64,000 nucleotides of DNA from an uncultured Actinomycetota bacterium (GTDB taxonomy: Bacteria > Actinomycetota > Actinomycetes > Propionibacteriales > Nocardioidaceae), in assembly GCA_963754575.1 (NCBI GenBank), contig CAVWGQ010000006.1, positions 121,853 to 185,852 of the forward strand. The letters are read 5' to 3'. A program made the position numbers and the translations under genes. Every line of letters begins with the position of its first letter. Positions within the stretch are counted from its first letter, which is position 1. The notes below the pieces were generated by a model that saw only the letters and a program-made list of their open reading frames with translations, was not told where the DNA came from and ran no database searches. Positions 28,614 through 42,002 of this stretch are shown here, piece by piece.

Positions 28614-29591
28614 CTACAGCCAGCCCGACCGCTTGAAGAACCACAGCAGCCCGGCGGACGTGCCGACCATGAGCAGCACCGCCCACAGGTAGCCGAACTG
28701 CCAGTGCAGCTCGGGCATGTGGTCGAAGTTCATGCCGTAGATGCCGGCGATGAGCGTCGGCACCACGACCAGCGCGGCGCCGGCGGAGATCTTGCGCATG
28801 TCGTCGTTCTGCTGGACCGAGATCCGCGCGAGGTGGGCCTCGAAGGCGGTCGAGAGCAGCCCGTCGAGCTCGTCGATCGTGTCGGCGCACCGGCTGAGGT
28901 GGTCGCCGACGTCACGGAAGTACGGCGCCGCCTCGCGGTCGATGCCGTGCACGGTGCCGGTGGCGAAGCGGCTCATCGGGTCGCGCAGCGGCAGCACCGC
29001 GCGGCGTACCTCCGCGAGCTCGCGCTTCAGCACGTAGATCCGCGCCGAGTCGTTGGTGCGGTCCTCGGAGAACACCGAGATCTCGACCTCGTCGACGTCC
29101 TCGACGAGGGAGTCGGTGACGTGCTCGTAGCCGTCGACGACCTGGTCGCAGATCGCGTACACGACGGCCGAGGGGCCGTGGGCGAGGACCGCCTCACGTG
29201 CCTCGAGGGCCAGCCGCGCCTGCTTCAGCCCGCTGCCGTCGCCGTGCCGCACGCTCACGATGAAGTCGTCGCCGACGAAGAGGTTGATCTCGCCGGTCTC
29301 GACGGCGTCCTCCTCGTCGACGTACCAGAGCGTCTTGATCACCAGGAAGAGCGAGTCGGCGTAGCGCTCGAGCTTCGGGCGCTGGTGGGCGTTCACGGCG
29401 TCCTCGACGGCCAGCCGGTGCAGGGAGAACGCCGACGCCACCTCGGCCAGCTCCTGCGGGTCGGGCTCGTGCAGCCCGACCCAGACGAAGTCACCAGGTG
29501 TGGCGCTGTCGCGCATCGCGGCGAGGTCGGCCACGTCGCAGTCGACCGGGACCCGGGTGCCGTTGCGGTAGACGGCGCTGTCGACGATCAC
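28614..29591 (-). CDS. corA: Magnesium/cobalt transporter CorA
   Basis: HQRPKLE and GIYGMNFDHMPELHW motifs. Confidence 0.93.
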   Translation of the reverse strand: MIVDSAVYRNGTRVPVDCDVADLAAMRDSATPGDFVWVGLHEPDPQELAEVASAFSLHRLAVEDAVNAHQRPKLERYADSLFLVIKTLWYVDEEDAVETGEINLFVGDDFIVSVRHGDGSGLKQARLALEAREAVLAHGPSAVVYAICDQVVDGYEHVTDSLVEDVDEVEISVFSEDRTNDSARIYVLKRELAEVRRAVLPLRDPMSRFATGTVHGIDREAAPYFRDVGDHLSRCADTIDELDGLLSTAFEAHLARISVQQNDDMRKISAGAALVVVPTLIAGIYGMNFDHMPELHWQFGYLWAVLLMVGTSAGLLWFFKRSGWL

Positions 29592-29623
29592 GCACCGAGG
29601 CTAGCCCCAGTACAGTCCCCGGC

Positions 29624-30343
29624 ATGGCAACCGTGGTGCTGGTCCGACACGCACGCTCGACGGCGAACGCCAGCGGGGTGCTCACCGGCCGGCTCAAGGG
29701 CGTCCACCTCGACGAGACCGGGCAGCAGCAGGCGGCCCGGGCGGGGGAGCGGCTCGCGGCCGTGCCCCTCTCGGCCCTGGTGTCCAGCCCGCTCGAGCGG
29801 TGCCGGGAGACGTCCAAGGCCCTCGTGGCGCACCAGTCCGACGGGCTGCGTGTCACCACCGAGCGCGGGCTCGTGGAGTGTGACTACGGCGCCTGGCAGG
29901 GCCGACCGCTCAAGGAGCTGGCCAAGGAGAAGCTGTGGAAGGTCGTGCAGTCGCACCCCTCCTCGGTGACCTTCCCCGAGGGGGAGTCGATGGCGGCGAT
30001 GTCGTCGCGGGCCGTCGACGCGATCCGCCGCCACGACGCGCTGGTCGAGGCGGCCCACGGGCCGAACGCGGTCTGGGCCGCGGTCTCCCACGGCGACCTG
30101 GTGAAGGCGATCCTGGCCGACGCGCTCGGCATGCACCTCGACCAGTTCCAGCGGTTGCACGTCGACCCGGCGTCGATGTCGGTGGTGCGGTACGCCGGCG
30201 GCGCGTCGTACGTCCTGCAGAGCAACAGCCACGCCGGTGACCTGTCCTGGCTGGCGCCGCGCGGCAAGGGCAACGGCCGGGGCAGGGTGCCGAAGGCCGG
30301 TGTCGTGGGCGGTGGCGCGGGACCGTCTGGTGGGGGTCACTAG
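29624..30343 (+). CDS. MSMEG_4193-family histidine phosphatase/phosphomutase-like protein
   Basis: LVRHARS (the RHG position reads RHA), SSPLERC, ECDYG.W and SHGD motifs; synteny with DUF3090. Confidence 0.85.
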   Translation: MATVVLVRHARSTANASGVLTGRLKGVHLDETGQQQAARAGERLAAVPLSALVSSPLERCRETSKALVAHQSDGLRVTTERGLVECDYGAWQGRPLKELAKEKLWKVVQSHPSSVTFPEGESMAAMSSRAVDAIRRHDALVEAAHGPNAVWAAVSHGDLVKAILADALGMHLDQFQRLHVDPASMSVVRYAGGASYVLQSNSHAGDLSWLAPRGKGNGRGRVPKAGVVGGGAGPSGGGH

Positions 30344-30353
30344 GGTGGAGAAC

Positions 30354-30926
30354 GTGCCGATCGTCCACTCCTTCGACCCACCCGAACGCTTCGTCGCCGG
30401 GACCGTCGGCGCGCCCGGGGAGCGCACCTTCTTCCTCCAGGCGCGCGCCGGTGTCCGGGTCGTCAGCGTCGCCCTCGAGAAGCAGCAGGTGATCGCGCTG
30501 TCCGAGCGCATGGACCAGTTGCTCGACGAGCTGATGCAGGCCGACACCCGCGGCGTTGTCCCGGCCGTCGCACCGCTCGACCTCGACGACGCCGCTCCGC
30601 TCGAGCAGCCGATCGAGGAGGAGTTCCGCGCCGGGACCATGACGCTGTCGTGGGACCCCGACGACGAGCGGGTGGTCGTCGAGGTCTTCCCCTACAGCGA
30701 GGCCGCCGTCGTCAGCCCCGAGCAGATCGACGAGGACGTCGAGGAGCCCGAGCCCGACGAGCTGCTCGTCGTACGCCTGCCTGCCGCGGCGGCCAGATCC
30801 TTCGTGCAGCGTGCCGAGCGGGTGGTCGAGGCCGGGCGGCCGAGCTGCCCGTTCTGCGGCGGTCCGATGGACCCCGAGGGCCACCTGTGCGTGCGCGCCA
30901 ACGGGTACAAGCGCCGCGACCCGTGA
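30354..30926 (+). CDS. DUF3090 family protein
   Basis: RFVAGTVG.PG.RTFFLQA start and C-terminal CPFCG.P.DPEGH.C.R.NG. Confidence 0.88.
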   Translation: MPIVHSFDPPERFVAGTVGAPGERTFFLQARAGVRVVSVALEKQQVIALSERMDQLLDELMQADTRGVVPAVAPLDLDDAAPLEQPIEEEFRAGTMTLSWDPDDERVVVEVFPYSEAAVVSPEQIDEDVEEPEPDELLVVRLPAAAARSFVQRAERVVEAGRPSCPFCGGPMDPEGHLCVRANGYKRRDP

Positions 30927-31690
30927 CCCTGCTCGACGGGGAGCTCGAGCTCCACGGCCGGATCATGCCGGCGTCCAACGCGACGTTCGTGGGCGAGGTC
31001 GACGGGACCCAGGTCGTCTACAAGCCGATCGCGGGGGAGCGACCCCTGTGGGACTTCCCGGACGGCACGCTCGCGCACCGCGAGGTGGCGGCGTACCTCG
31101 TCTCGGAGGCGATGGGTTGGGACGTCGTCCCCCACACCTTCCTGCGTGCGGGCCCGCACGGCCCCGGCATGGTGCAGGTGTGGTGCGAGCCGGACCCCGA
31201 GCAGGCCGCGGTGACGATCGTGGCGGAGGGAGCGGTCCCGGAGGGCTACCGGCACGTCTTCGACGGCGTCGACCAGCACGACGCCCCGATCTCGCTGGTG
31301 CACGAGGACTCCGCGCCGCTGCGCCGGATGGCGGTCTTCGACGTCGTCGTGAACAACGCCGACCGCAAGGGCGGCCACGTGCTGGAGATGACGGACGGCC
31401 ACCGGTACGGCGTCGACCACGGGGTCGCCTTCCACCCCGACCACAAGCTGCGCACGGTGCTGTGGGGGTGGGCCGACGAGCCGCTCGCGGACGACGAGGC
31501 CGCCGGCGTACGACGCGTGCTGGAGGGCCTGGGCGGCGCCCTGGACGGCCCGCTCGCCGACGAGCTCGGCACGCTGCTCGACCAGGTGGAGGTCTCGCGG
31601 CTGGCGCGACGCTGCCGTCGACTGCTGGGCGACGGACGGTTCCCGCAGCCGCAGGGGGACTGGCCGGCCATCCCGTGGCCCCCCTTCTGA
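30923..31690 (+). CDS. SCO1664 family protein (PI3/4-kinase-like)
   Basis: VYKP..GERPLWDF, REVAAYL, NNADRKGGH and DHG motifs. Confidence 0.88.
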   Translation: MTLLDGELELHGRIMPASNATFVGEVDGTQVVYKPIAGERPLWDFPDGTLAHREVAAYLVSEAMGWDVVPHTFLRAGPHGPGMVQVWCEPDPEQAAVTIVAEGAVPEGYRHVFDGVDQHDAPISLVHEDSAPLRRMAVFDVVVNNADRKGGHVLEMTDGHRYGVDHGVAFHPDHKLRTVLWGWADEPLADDEAAGVRRVLEGLGGALDGPLADELGTLLDQVEVSRLARRCRRLLGDGRFPQPQGDWPAIPWPPF

Positions 31691-31725
31691 CCGGCCCACT
31701 GGGCGGTCACGGTTAGTCTCCTCCC

Positions 31726-32968
31726 ATGCGATCGTGGACCCCCCCGGACGTCCCCCGGCTGCCCGAGACCGGCCCGACGGTGAGGATCCACGACACCGCG
31801 ACCGGCAAGCCTGCCGACGTCACCCCGGTGACGGGTCCGGCCCGGATGTACGTCTGCGGGATCACGCCGTACGACGCCACCCACCTCGGGCACGCGGCCA
31901 CCTACCTCGGCTTCGACCTGCTCAACCGGGCCTGGCGCAATGCCGGCCACGAGGTGAGCTACGTGCAGAACGTCACCGACGTCGACGACCCCCTGCTCGA
32001 GCGAGCCGCCAAGGTCGGAGCCGACTGGGTCGAGCTGGCCGAGCGCGAGACCGAGCTGTTCCGTCAGGACATGACCGCGCTGCGCGTGCTCCCCCCCGAC
32101 CACTACGTCGGCGCCGTCGAGTCGATCCCGCTCGTCGTCGACCTCGTCCAGCGGCTCGACCGAGCTCGGCTCCGTCTACAGCGTCGACGACGACCTCTAC
32201 TTCTCGGTCTCGACCGACGACACCTTCGGTGAGATCTCGGGCTGGACCCGCGACCAGATGCTGGCGACCTTCGGCGACCGCGGGGGAGACCCCGAGCGGG
32301 CCGGCAAGAAGGACCCCCTCGACTGCGTCGTGTGGCGGGGCGAACGTCCCGACGAGCCGGCCTGGGACAGCCCGCTGGGACGCGGCCGCCCCGGCTGGCA
32401 CATCGAGTGCACCGCCATCGCCCTGGCCCACCTGGGCTCGGCCTTCGACGTGCAGGGTGGCGGCAGTGACCTGGTCTTCCCCCACCACGAGATGTGCGCG
32501 TCCGAGGCGCAGGTCGCCGACCCCGCCCACCGCTTCGCGCGCACCTACGCGCACGCCGGGATGGTCGGCTACGACGGCGAGAAGATGTCGAAGTCGAAGG
32601 GCAACCTGGTCTTCGTCAGCGCCCTGCGCAACAGCGACGTCGACCCGATGGCGATCCGGCTGGCGCTGCTGCGCCACCACTACCGCGCCGACTGGGAATG
32701 GACCGACGCCGAGCTCTGGGACGCCGTCGACACCCTCGCCGACTGGCGCCGTGCCCTCGCGCTGGGCGCCGGGGCACCGGCCGCGCCGGTGGTCACCTCG
32801 GTGCTCGCGGCCCTCGCCGACGACCTCGACGCCCCGACGGCCCTCGCCGCCGTGCAGCGCTGGGTCGACGCCACGCTCGGGACCGGGCGGCTCGCCGACG
32901 CGGGCGACGCGGACGCCGCCGCCACCGTCCACCAGCTGCTCGACGCCGCCCTCGGCCTCTCCCTCTGA
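31726..32968 (+). CDS. mshC: Cysteine:GlcN-Ins ligase (mycothiol synthesis), frameshift near 32161
   Basis: [33 protein letters not shown] and KMSKS motifs split across two frames by one extra base. Confidence 0.92.
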
Positions 32969-33015
32969 CCCTGTCGCCCCGTGGTCTGACGCCTCCCCGG
33001 GGGTCGTCGGGGCCT

Positions 33016-33076
33016 GCCGTTGGGGACCAATCGGCGGTGAAACCTGGGTCAAATCTGCCGTTGGTGACCAATCGGC
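33016..33076 (+). repeat. Paired 20-bp quasi-palindromic repeat, locus 1 (direct)
   Basis: GCCGTTGGGGACCAATCGGC (33016-33035) and GCCGTTGGTGACCAATCGGC (33057-33076), between convergent mshC and PAC2 genes. Confidence 0.95.
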
Positions 33077-33121
33077 ATGCCCCACGGCCGCCCGGGCCCG
33101 AGGCGACGCAGACCCGGTCGG

Positions 33122-33985
33122 TCAGGCCTCGTCGGGCCGGTTGCGCTTGAGGTAGCGCTCGAACTCCCGCGCGATCGCCTCGCCGGAGGCCTCGGGGAGG
33201 TCGGTGGTGTCCCGGGTCTCCTCGAGCGCGCGGACGTAGTCGGCCACGTCCTCGTCCTCCTCGGCCAGCTCGTCGACGCCGCGCTCCCAGGCGCGGGCCT
33301 CCTCGGGGAGGTCGTCAAGCGGGATGCTCGCCTCGAGGAGGTCCTCGAGCTGGCCCAGCAGCGCCAGCGTCGCCTTGGGGCACGGCGGCTGCGCGACGTA
33401 GTGGGGGACGGCCGCCCAGTAGGACACCGCCGGGATGTCGAGCTTGGTGCAGGCGTCCTGCAGCACGCCGACGATGCCGGTCGGTCCCTCGTACGTCGAC
33501 TGCTCCAGCTTGAGCCGGTCCACCAGGTCGGGCTCGGTGGCGGTGCCGGTGACCGGGATCGGCCGGGTGTGGGGGGTGTCGGCGAGCAGCGCCCCGAGGG
33601 TGACGACGAGCCGGCCACCGAGCTCGTCGCAGGCCGCGAGCACCTCTGCGGCGAACTGGCGCCAGCGCATGTTCGGCTCGATGCCGCGCACCAGGATCAC
33701 GTCGCGGTCGAGGTGGGGCGGGGAGGCGATCGCGATCTGGGTGGAGGGCCAGGTGAGCCGTCGGTGACCGAGCTCGTCGCTGCCGACGATCGGCCGGTTG
33801 ACCTGGAAGTCGTAGAAGTCCTCGGGATCGACCGCACCCACGACCCGGGCGTCCCATGCCCGCATCAGGTGGTCCAGCGCGGAGGAGGCGGCCTCGGCGG
33901 CGTCGTTCCACCCCTCGAACGCCGCGATCACGATGGGCTCGACCAGCCCGTCCACCAACCCGCCGGCGTCCTCGATCTCGATCAC
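33122..33985 (-). CDS. PAC2 family (proteasome assembly chaperone-like) protein
   Basis: AFEGWNDA, DPEDFYDFQVNRP, GIEPN..W, LADTPHTRP and WAAVPHY motifs. Confidence 0.9.
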   Translation of the reverse strand: MIEIEDAGGLVDGLVEPIVIAAFEGWNDAAEAASSALDHLMRAWDARVVGAVDPEDFYDFQVNRPIVGSDELGHRRLTWPSTQIAIASPPHLDRDVILVRGIEPNMRWRQFAAEVLAACDELGGRLVVTLGALLADTPHTRPIPVTGTATEPDLVDRLKLEQSTYEGPTGIVGVLQDACTKLDIPAVSYWAAVPHYVAQPPCPKATLALLGQLEDLLEASIPLDDLPEEARAWERGVDELAEEDEDVADYVRALEETRDTTDLPEASGEAIAREFERYLKRNRPDEA

Positions 33986-34155
33986 CCGGCCACCCTAGTC
34001 ACACACCGGTGCCCGCCCGGGTGAGGACCACGAGGATTTCGCCGGGCATCGGGGCGGGTGCCACGATGGTGAGCGGTGTCAGCATCCGGGAATGCCGTCC
34101 ACAGTGCGGACGCGCTGCCTAGGCTGGATGCCCACCTCGAGCCCGGAGGAGACCC

Positions 34156-37930
<3,775 letters not shown>

Positions 37931-37938
<8 letters not shown>

Positions 37939-38701
37939 CGTGTCGCGCGCTGGGGTTGACGCGTCGGAGGAGCGCCGATTGGTCCCCAACGGCAATGACA
38001 TGGCCCGGAGAACTGCCGTTGGTGACCAATCGGCAGCCCAGCGGGCCTGGCCGGCGGCGGTGCTCTGGGACATGGACGGCACGTTGGTGGACACCGAGCC
38101 GTACTGGATCGACACCGAGTTCGCACTGGCGGAGCGCTACGGCGCCAGCTGGTCGCAGGAGCACGCGCTCAACCTCGTCGGCCAGGACCTGCTCGAGTCG
38201 GGCCGCTACATCCGCGAGCACATGGGGATCGGCCTCGAGCCGGCGCAGATCGTCGAGGAGCTCCTCGACGGCGTGGTCGCGATGGTCGAGCGCGAGGTGC
38301 CGTGGCGACCGGGTGCCCGGGAGCTGCTGGCCGCGCTGGTCGACGAGGGCGTGCCGTGCGGGCTGGTCACGATGTCCTACGAGCGCTTCGTGGCACCGGT
38401 CCTCGCGGCCCTGCCCGAGGGTGCCTTCGAGGTGGTGGTGACCGGGGACGCGGTGAGCCACGGCAAGCCACACCCCGAGCCTTACCTCAAGGCGGCCCGC
38501 GAGCTGCGCCTGGAGCCGGCGGACTGCCTGGCGATCGAGGACTCCGACACCGGCACCCGCTCGGCGGTCGCGGCGGGGGCCACGGTCCTGGTAGTCCCGG
38601 CCCACGTCCCGGTGCTGGAGGGCGAACGGCGGGTCCTGCGGGACACGCTGGCCGGCCTCACGGTCGACGACCTGAGCGCCCTGCGAGCCGCAGGGTCGTG
38701 A
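37931..38701 (+). CDS. HAD family phosphatase (N-terminus apparently contains a repeat pair in frame)
   Basis: ATG overlaps the metH stop (ATGAGTGA); [15 protein letters not shown] and IEDS motifs. Confidence 0.85.
37974..38034. repeat. Paired 20-bp repeat, locus 2 (inverted)
   Basis: GCCGATTGGTCCCCAACGGC (37974-37993, reverse) and GCCGTTGGTGACCAATCGGC (38015-38034). Confidence 0.95.
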
Positions 38702-38716
38702 GGCGCGGGGTACGCC

Positions 38717-39604
38717 TCAGGCGAGGTCGTCGGCGGTGACGCTGCCGGGATCAGCCGGCTCGACCTCCGGCAACGGCGGGGGAGTGCCACCCCACGCGGG
38801 GCAGATGGCCTGGTGCGCGCACCAGTCGCACAGCCGGGAGCGGCGTGGCTGCCAGTCCCCGGTCTCGGTGGCGAGCTGGATCGCGCGCCAGATCGCCTCC
38901 ACCTTGCGCTCGGTGGCGAGCAGGTCCTGCTCGTCCGGGGCGTAGCGGACCAGCTCCCCGCTTCCGAGGTAGACCAGCTGCAGCATCGAGGGCACCACGC
39001 CACGGGTCCGCCAGAGGACGAGGGCGTAGAACTTCATCTGGAACAGCGCCTTCGCCTCCCAGCCGACCGCGGGAGCCTTGCCGCTCTTGTAGTCGACGAC
39101 CCGCATCGCCCCGTCGGGCGCCACGTCGAGCCGGTCGACGAAGCCGCGCAGCAAGAGCCGCGAGTCGAGCACCGCCTCGACGTACAGCTCCCGCTCCGCG
39201 GGCTCGAGCCGGCGCGGGTCCTCGAGCTGGAAGTAGCGGTCCAGGACCGTGCGGCACGAGGTCAACCAGCCGGCGACCTCCGGCCCCTCGCCGCCGAACA
39301 TCTCCGCGAGGGCGGGCTCGGCCTCGAGCAGGCCCTTCCACGAGGGCGCCAGCAGGTCGCGCGCCCGCTCGGGAGTGCGCTCGGCCGAGGGCAGGTCGAA
39401 GAGGTCCTCGAGCACCTTGTGCACCAGCGTTCCGCGCGCCGCGTCGGGGCTCGGGGGCTCCGGCAACCGGTCCACGATGCGGAAGCGGTAGAGCAGCGGG
39501 CAGGTGAGGAAGTCGCCGGCCCGACTCGGGGAGAGGGAGCCGAGCACCTCCACCCCGTCGACGGGCGTCGACAGCGGGAGAGCCGGCGAGTCGTCCACGG
39601 TCAT
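38717..39604 (-). CDS. RecB family exonuclease (PD-(D/E)xK)
   Basis: LSPSR..DF.TCPL.YRF, GFVDRLD and VVDYKSGK motifs. Confidence 0.9.
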   Translation of the reverse strand: MTVDDSPALPLSTPVDGVEVLGSLSPSRAGDFLTCPLLYRFRIVDRLPEPPSPDAARGTLVHKVLEDLFDLPSAERTPERARDLLAPSWKGLLEAEPALAEMFGGEGPEVAGWLTSCRTVLDRYFQLEDPRRLEPAERELYVEAVLDSRLLLRGFVDRLDVAPDGAMRVVDYKSGKAPAVGWEAKALFQMKFYALVLWRTRGVVPSMLQLVYLGSGELVRYAPDEQDLLATERKVEAIWRAIQLATETGDWQPRRSRLCDWCAHQAICPAWGGTPPPLPEVEPADPGSVTADDLA

Positions 39605-39677
39605 GGCGTCACCCTAGGTGGCTGGGCCGACAGCCGGCGTTGCCGGAGGTCGGGACCTGCTCGGATACCCTCGGCGC

Positions 39678-40853
39678 GTGTCCGACCCCGCTCCTGCCAG
39701 CCCTGACCCGCGGTCCGACGTGCCGCGGTCGCAGCGCCCGCGGGGGACCATCCGGCTCGGCACGCTCGTCGGCACCGACGTCCTGGTCACCACCTCGTGG
39801 TTCCTGGTCGCGGCCCTCATCGCGGTGGTGATGTCGCCTCGGGTCGAGGCGGTCGAGCCCGGCCTCGGTCCCTGGAAGTACGTCGCCGGGTTCCTCTTCG
39901 CCGTGGTGCTCTACCTCTCCGTGCTGCTGCACGAGATGTCCCACGCCCTGATGGCGACGCGCTACGGCTTCCGGGTCAGCTCGATCACGCTGCACTTCCT
40001 CGGTGGCATGACAGAGATCGAGGGCGAGGCCCGTCGGCCGCGCGAGGAGTTCATGATCGCCGTCGTGGGTCCGCTGACCTCCCTGGCCGTCGGGGTCGGA
40101 GCCGTCGGGTTGTGGTTCGTGACCCCGGACGGGCTGCTGCTCCTGGTGGTCGAGGGACTGGCCGGGGCGAACCTGCTCGTGGGCGTGCTCAACCTGGTCC
40201 CCGGGCTCCCACTCGACGGCGGACGGGTGCTGCGCGCCGCGGTCTGGAAGCTCACGGGCAGCCAGCACTCCGGCACGGTCGTCGCGGGCTGGGGCGGCCG
40301 GCTGACTGCGATCGCCGTGGCGTCGTACCCCCTGTGGCTGCAGGCGCTGTCCGGCTACCGGCCGGAGGTGCTCGACTACGCGTTGGCCTTCATCATCGCC
40401 CTCTTCCTGTGGACCGGTGCCAGTGCCTCGATCGCCAACGCGCGGCTGCGGCGCAAGCTGCCCGCGCTGGTCGCGCGCGACCTGGCCCGGCGGACCATCA
40501 CCGTCCCGGACGACCTCCCGCTGGCGGAGGCCGTACGCCGCGCGCAGGAGGCCCACGCCGGCAGCATCGTGACCGTGACCAGCTCCGGTCACCCGGTCGG
40601 GCTCGTCAACGAGGCCGCCGTCCTCGCGACCCCCCAGGAGCGCCGCCCCTGGGTCGCCGTCTCCACCGTCAGCCGCACCCTGGGCGACGGACTCAGCCTG
40701 CCCGCCACCCTCGTCGGAGAGGACCTCGTGATGGCCATCAGCCGCACCCCGGCACCGGAGTACCTCCTGCTGGAGCCCGACGGCGTGATCTACGGCGTGC
40801 TGACCACGGTCGACGTCGACCGCGCCTTCCGGGAGGTGGAGCGCCGTGGCTGA
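39678..40853 (+). CDS. Site-2 protease (M50) with CBS-like C-terminus
   Basis: LHEMSH and NLVPGLPLDGG motifs; multiple TM segments. Confidence 0.92.
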   Translation: MSDPAPASPDPRSDVPRSQRPRGTIRLGTLVGTDVLVTTSWFLVAALIAVVMSPRVEAVEPGLGPWKYVAGFLFAVVLYLSVLLHEMSHALMATRYGFRVSSITLHFLGGMTEIEGEARRPREEFMIAVVGPLTSLAVGVGAVGLWFVTPDGLLLLVVEGLAGANLLVGVLNLVPGLPLDGGRVLRAAVWKLTGSQHSGTVVAGWGGRLTAIAVASYPLWLQALSGYRPEVLDYALAFIIALFLWTGASASIANARLRRKLPALVARDLARRTITVPDDLPLAEAVRRAQEAHAGSIVTVTSSGHPVGLVNEAAVLATPQERRPWVAVSTVSRTLGDGLSLPATLVGEDLVMAISRTPAPEYLLLEPDGVIYGVLTTVDVDRAFREVERRG

Positions 40854-41808
40854 GGACGACACCCGGGACGCCCCCGACGTTCCTCTCGACGCGTGGTCCG
40901 GCGTCCACCGTGGACCTCTGCGCGAGGGCGAGTGGGTGCGCCTGGTCGACGCCAAGGGCCGGCGGCACAACATCTGCCTCGAGGCCGGCAAGCGGTTCTT
41001 CTCGAACCGCGGCCACCTCGAGCACGACGAGCTGATCGGGCGCGAGGAGGGCTTCAGCGTCACGTCGTCGGTCGGCGGGCAGTACCTCGTCTTCCGACCC
41101 TTGCTCTCCGAGTTCGTGGTCTCCATGCCGCGCGGCGCGGCCGTGGTCTACCCCAAGGACGCCGCGCAGATCGTGGCGATGGCCGACATCTTCCCGGGCG
41201 CCGACGTGGTCGAGGCCGGTGTGGGCTCCGGGGCGCTGACCTGCTCGCTGCTGCGTGCCGTCGGTCCCCACGGCCGGGTGACGTCGTACGAGCTGCGCGA
41301 GGAGTTCGCCGACGTCGCCCGGCGCAACGTCACCCAGTTCTTCGGCGGCGACCACCCGGCCTGGCAGCTGTCGCTCGGCGACCTGGCCGAGGAGCTGCCA
41401 CGATCCGGGGCGAAGGTGGACCGGATCATCCTCGACATGCTGGCCCCCTGGGACTGCGTCGACGCGGTGTCCGGCGCGCTGCGGCCGGGAGGGATCGTGT
41501 GCGGGTACGTCGCGACCACGACCCAGCTCTCGCGGTTCGTGGAGACCCTGCGCGCGCACGGCGGCTTCACCGAGCCGGCGGTCTGGGAGTCGCTGGTGCG
41601 GGACTGGCACGTCGAGGGCCTCGCCGTACGGCCGGGGCACAAGATGATCGGCCACACGGCGTTCCTCGTGACCTCGCGCCGGATGGCGCCGGGGGAGCGG
41701 GCGCCGTCGAAGAAGCGTCGACCTGCGCCGGGGGCCTACGGGCCCGACTACACCGGCCCGAGGCCCGCCGACCTGCCGGCGCTGCCCGAGGAGCCGGCCG
41801 GGTCCTGA
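40846..41808 (+). CDS. trmI: tRNA (adenine-58-N1)-methyltransferase
   Basis: MPRGAAVVYPKD, VEAGVGSG and LDMLAPW motifs; synteny with arc. Confidence 0.93.
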   Translation: MAEDDTRDAPDVPLDAWSGVHRGPLREGEWVRLVDAKGRRHNICLEAGKRFFSNRGHLEHDELIGREEGFSVTSSVGGQYLVFRPLLSEFVVSMPRGAAVVYPKDAAQIVAMADIFPGADVVEAGVGSGALTCSLLRAVGPHGRVTSYELREEFADVARRNVTQFFGGDHPAWQLSLGDLAEELPRSGAKVDRIILDMLAPWDCVDAVSGALRPGGIVCGYVATTTQLSRFVETLRAHGGFTEPAVWESLVRDWHVEGLAVRPGHKMIGHTAFLVTSRRMAPGERAPSKKRRPAPGAYGPDYTGPRPADLPALPEEPAGS

Positions 41809-41845
41809 GGGCGCCGCTCTCGCCGCTCGGGTGTCCGGTGAGGGT

Positions 41846-41906
41846 GCCGTTTGGTCACCAACGACACTTCGGTGGACCCCAGGGATGTCGATTGGTCACC
41901 AACGGC
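41846..41906 (-). repeat. Paired 20-bp repeat, locus 3 (both copies reverse)
   Basis: GCCGTTTGGTCACCAACGAC (41846-41865) and GTCGATTGGTCACCAACGGC (41887-41906), between trmI and arc. Confidence 0.92.
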
Positions 41907-42002
41907 GCACCCCGGGCCCCGGAAAATCCGATCCCGACAGGTGGTGTCTGGCCTCCGCCCGACCCACCACGCAGGTAGGGTCGAAATCGGGAGGTGACGC
42001 TG

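Noticed and set aside
33990-34155. Possible SAM or cobalamin riboswitch upstream of metH
   Set aside because: No recognisable conserved riboswitch core; the region is shared with the divergent PAC2 promoter and has a TAGGCT box plus GGAGG RBS close to the start.
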